In this document: in pieces, positions 58,790-64,000 of the stretch
How positions within the stretch are numbered: position 1 is the first letter of the stretch
Layout of the letters: the number at the start of each line of letters is the position of its first letter
Source: Eledone cirrhosa
Taxonomy: Eukaryota
Assembly (NCBI GenBank): GCA_964016885.1
Contig: OZ024743.1
Location: 83,700,001 to 83,764,000, forward strand
Direction: 5' to 3'
Length of the DNA: 64,000 nucleotides
Translations under genes and position numbers: made by a program
Notes under the pieces: model-generated
What the model was told of the DNA's origin: nothing
The model's database searches: none
What the model saw: only the letters and a program-made list of their open reading frames with translations

Positions 58790-59314
58790 CCGTTTGTGTG
58801 TGTGTGTGTGTGTGTGTTTAACTTTTACGAAGCCCTGTGGGGTGATGTTAATAAATATAAAGAGTGGCGCGCTCATGCGTGAAATTGCTATAAATTAGCT
58901 TTTAAAATAGAATGAAGACCCTTACAGACGGAAAAAGAAATTGTCATAGTGACTCCGATTTATATAGCATATTCGCGTATGAGCACGCCCCTTTTTATAT
59001 TAATATAATTGTTTCTACTTTTGGCACAAGGCCAGCAATTACCTAGTGCATTATTGGTACTTACAGAAATATTAGATGATTTCTGAGAGTTACACTTGCT
59101 GATGCAACTGCTGTGCACAGGATGTGGCATTGAAACTGTACAGTTCGGAGTACATCGTTGTACCCATATTTAGCCGTGTGTCAACTAATTAACGTATAGT
59201 GTCCACTCTGGGTTACACATTTGTATTTACAACATACAATTTTTGTAAATTCATCGAGTGAGTAGATAGCAGCCGAGCTTGGCGGATTATAGCTTCGTTA
59301 AACTTATACATATA

Positions 59315-59385
<71 letters not shown>

Positions 59386-59725
59386 AAAAGATGGATTGAG
59401 GGAGATGGACGATTTCACTTCGTCAGTTGTCTACTACGGGTCACAGATATTTCGGCGCATTATAGACAATACATCTATCCGTAGCGTGCCCTGAGCCTTT
59501 TATCTATCAAAAAGCCATGAGGGAAAGAAGCGATAGCGAAGAGAAAGATACAAAAAAAAGAAGAAAAAAAAAAGAAAACATACCGATAGAAGGGGGAAAC
59601 GCAGGACAACGGCACATATAAGTAAGTAACCGAGAAGAAATAAGACCAAGTTAAAAAAGCCGTTGGGTTTAAGCCCAGGGGTATATATATATATATATAT
59701 ATATATATCTATATATATATATATA

Positions 59726-59772
<47 letters not shown>

Positions 59773-59968
59773 CACTTGCTGATGCAACTGCTGTGCACAG
59801 GACGTGGCATTGAAACTGTACAGTTCGGAGTACATAGTTGTCGAGCTGGCGATTTATTGAGTCGGGTAAGATCGATACAGATCGAACCTTGAGCTGATCA
59901 GTGGCGAAACGCGCGTCACCTACCAATAAATGTAATGAAGGAGTAACCAATCGTCCTTGTTATCCTTT

Positions 59969-60025
<57 letters not shown>

Positions 60026-60026
60026 A

Positions 60027-60296
60027 TATGTAATAAACAACATAAGATAATTATTTCATTTACCAGTGGTTTCTTGAAGACAGGTGTTTGTGTCTGTCTT
60101 CAGTCGTCAGAATGAATAGTATGAACACGATGTTTTTTATTCATTCTGACGACTGAAGACAGACACAACATCTGTCTTCAAGAAACCACTGGTAAATTAA
60201 ATAATTAACTTATGTTTTTAATTACATAACTAATAAGCTCTGTAGCCTACATAGAGCACTCTTTTTTCCTGTACCTTTCTGACGGAAATACTTCAT
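60027..60296. mobile_element. Fold-back, family H, with hammerheads at 60055-60116 (-) and 60140-60200 (+)
   Basis: TTCATT-CTGACGA-c-TGAAGACAGA(CACAACA)TCTGTCTTCA-a-GAAA-CCACTGG-TA-AAT; tail hairpin at 60238-60256. Confidence 0.85.
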
Positions 60297-60419
60297 ATAT
60301 ATATATATAGGGTGGAGCATAAAGAACTCTCACATCTTATTTTATATCCCTTCAAAATGTGGGAGATCTTCATGCCCCACCCTGTATATACATATAGGCA
60401 TTCTTCCTCTAGATCTCTT

Positions 60420-60488
<69 letters not shown>

Positions 60489-60497
<9 letters not shown>

Positions 60498-61079
60498 TAA
60501 AAAAATAATGAATAAAACAATGAAACAGTTCCTTATATTAAACAAAAAAAGTTCATTATTTAACGATCGTTTCTAGGATATATATGTGTTAGAATTGGCA
60601 TGCACATTCAACAGATCTATGTACAAAATTATACAAAATTATACAAACTATCAAAATTAAATATACATACCCAACACATATATATATGCCGTCTTCAGAA
60701 ATAATGAAATATATTTATTGATAATAACAACAATTCAAAATTTCAGGTCCGTTTGGGAACAGAGTTCAAATTGACCAATGAAAATACAAAAAATTTTATG
60801 CAGTTTGGTGTGTGTATATACATGTAATTAACTTCATACACATATTTACATAAAGATATATGTTCACATGCATACGCATGCCAAAAAGATGTATGCAAAT
60901 ACAAAAATTCAAGGCTAATGTCTCTGTAAGTCTATAATCCACAAATAAAATGCGTATAGACACATAAGTATGAAACAAATGTATACACACATTCATATAC
61001 TCACACATATTCGTACACTCACACCCACACGCGCGTATATGCATAAACATACACATAACTACGAACATACATGTGGGTG

Positions 61080-61114
<35 letters not shown>

Positions 61115-61425
61115 GTGTATATGTATCTCTATTTATATGTGTATATATGTATATGTATATACCTTTTTCTTTGTATGTCTGAGTTGTGTGAGCGTGTAGT
61201 GGTGTTTGTATGTATATACGCATATATGGATGTGTATGTATTTGTATATATGCGTATATGTAAGTGCGTATGTGTGTATGGGTATATATCTATGTCTATG
61301 TATGAGTATGTATGTGTGTGTATGTATGTGTGTGTGTATGTATGTATGAGTGTATGTGTGTATGTATATGTGTGTATATATATGTATGTATATGTATGTA
61401 TGTATGTATATATGTATGTATATGT

Positions 61426-61459
<34 letters not shown>

Positions 61460-61589
61460 ATTTATTATATATGTGTATGTGCGTGTGTGTATATATATCT
61501 TTATATATGTGTATGTGTATGTATGTGTAGGTGTGTGTGTGTGAGTATATATGTATGTGTGTATATGTGTATGTATGTGTATGTATGTG

Positions 61590-61688
<99 letters not shown>

Positions 61689-61829
61689 ATGTGTATGTGT
61701 GTATGTGTGTATATATATATATATTTATGTATATATATATATTTATATGTGGGTATGTATGTGTATGTGTGTATATATATGAGTGTATTTATATATATAT
61801 ATGTATGTAGGTGTGACTGTATATATATG

Positions 61830-61876
<47 letters not shown>

Positions 61877-61928
61877 GTATACGTGTGTATATGTATGAGT
61901 GTGTATATATATACGAGTGTTGTGAGTG

Positions 61929-62019
<91 letters not shown>

Positions 62020-62048
62020 GTATGCGTGTATGTGTATATGTGTGTAAA

Positions 62049-62085
<37 letters not shown>

Positions 62086-62441
62086 TTATGTGTGTATGTG
62101 TCTATGTATTTATATGTGTATATGTATGTGTCTCTATATGTATGCGTCTATGTATGTGTATGTGTATTTATATGGTATGTGTATGTATATGTATGTGTAT
62201 GTATGTGTTTATATATATGTGTATGTATATGTATGTATATGTATGTGTGTGTATGCGTGTGTATTTATTTATATGTCTATATGTATGTATATCGATGTAT
62301 ACTTTATATTTTACTTGTTTGTATATATATGTGTGTGTATATATGTGTATATGTATGTGTATGTATATATATATGTGTGTATATATGTGTATATATATAT
62401 GTATATGTATATATATATGTGTGTGTGTGTGTGTATGTGTG

Positions 62442-62483
<42 letters not shown>

Positions 62484-63437
62484 CTTGATATATTTCTTTT
62501 TTCTTTTTTCTTTTTCTTTTCTTTTTATTTCTAAGTTTATAGATACATCTATAAATAGGCAGCCTGCCGAAACCGTTGAATACTGACCTCTCCCCCCCTC
62601 CCACCTAATTTCTGTATCCTGATCTAAATATGTGTGGCAGTGTTTATGTGCGTGCATTAATGTCCATATGCTTATGATAATACTATATGCACATATATAT
62701 GTGTGTGGGGGTGTGTGTGTGTATGTATGTTCGTAGTTATGTGTATGTTTATGCATATACGCGCGTGTGGGTGTGAGTGTACGAATATGTGTGAGTATAT
62801 GAATGTGTGTATACATTTGTTTCATACTTATGTGTCTATACGCATTTTATCTGTGGATTATAGACTTACAGAGACATTAGCCTTGAATTTTTGTATTTGC
62901 ATACATCTTTTTGGCATGCGTATGCATGTGAACATATATCTTTATGTAAATATGTGTATGAAGTTAATTACATGTATATACACACACCAAACTGCATAAA
63001 ATTGTTTGTATTTTCATTGGTCAATTTGAACTCTGTTCCCAAACGGACCTGAAATTTTGAATTGTTGTTATTATCAATAAATATATTTCATTATTTCTGA
63101 AGACGGCATATATATATGTGTTGGGTATGTATATTTAATTTTGATAGTTTGTATAATTTTGTATAATTTTGTACATAGATCTGTTGAATATGCATGCCAA
63201 TTCTAACACATATATATCCTAGAAACGATCGTTAAATAATGAACTTTTTTTGTTTAATATAAGGAACTGTTTCATTGTTTTATTCATTATTTTTTTAATA
63301 TTTTATCTTGACTCTGTATTCCGTTTATCTTTCACCGAAAGTGATTTTTCATTGCATCTCTTCTTTCCATGATATCCGGATTACATTGAGTTCTTCATAC
63401 GGATTGGACACTACCGTAAACTCTTGGTAGATTTATC

Positions 63438-63441
<4 letters not shown>
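60489..63441. mobile_element. Giant fold-back: arms about 60489-61071 and 62722-63306 around a microsatellite-filled loop
   Basis: The same spurious ORF appears on both strands (60796- and 62703+). Each arm carries a hammerhead; the tail hairpin is at 63312-63390. Confidence 0.9.
63087..63243 (+). ncRNA. Hammerhead with a stem II insert of about 118 nt (mirror at 60552-60708 -)
   Basis: TTCATTATTT-CTGAAGA-...ATATATATGTGTTGG...CTAACACATATATAT...-GAAA-CGATCG-TT-AAATAATGAA (10-bp stem I). Confidence 0.8.
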
Positions 63442-63528
<87 letters not shown>

Positions 63529-63763
63529 ATATGAAGAAGAGAGAGATAAAGAAGAACAAATAAAGAAATAGAGAAACAGCAAAAGGGAGCGAGAGGGGGG
63601 TGGGGTGTTGTATAACGGCTCCCGTATTAATTAGTAAAATGTATTAATATATTACTAGATAAAGAACATCTTGCACAATTTGAAAAATGAACGGAAACAT
63701 TTTTTTTAAATTTCATTGAGCCAGACTATATGATTCTTTTCAAAAGCCTTCAAGACAAACCAC

Positions 63764-64000
<237 letters not shown>

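Noticed and set aside
59090-59930. Hammerhead-like pieces (CTGATGC...GAAACTGTACAGT, duplicated; GAAACGCGCGTC; CTGACGAAGTGAAA on the minus strand near 59413-59426)
   Set aside because: Core or stems are incomplete. They are probably PLE debris but are not supportable as ribozymes.

Overview
Eukaryotic, AT-rich, gene-free window dominated by (TA)n, (CA)n, (TATG)n, (GATA)n and (TTG)n tracts and by decayed transposons. The style resembles a cephalopod (octopus-like) genome, but that is inference. No intact host gene is visible, and nearly all long ORFs in the track are microsatellite translations. Recognisable coding remnants are two Penelope-like elements (PLEs; RT plus GIY-YIG), R4/Dong-type RLE LINEs, a Tx1/L1-type LINE, an RTE fragment and two pogo/Tigger transposons. 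There are also tRNA-derived SINEs, a hAT MITE and Helentron/DINE-like elements. The main signal lies between the (TA)n tracts. About 27 type I hammerhead-ribozyme motifs from about 12 sequence families were read by eye, mostly inside asymmetric fold-back insertions of the form (TA)n-short arm-[body]-long arm-tail-(TA)n. The tails of these otherwise unrelated families share one bulged hairpin, CUC-Y(stem-loop)R-UH-GAG. It shows covariation and sits about 5-9 nt past the point where the short arm ends, which makes it a candidate shared RNA signal for RT binding and initiation in (TA)n-targeting PLEs. All coordinates and alignments were done by eye and may be off by a few bases.
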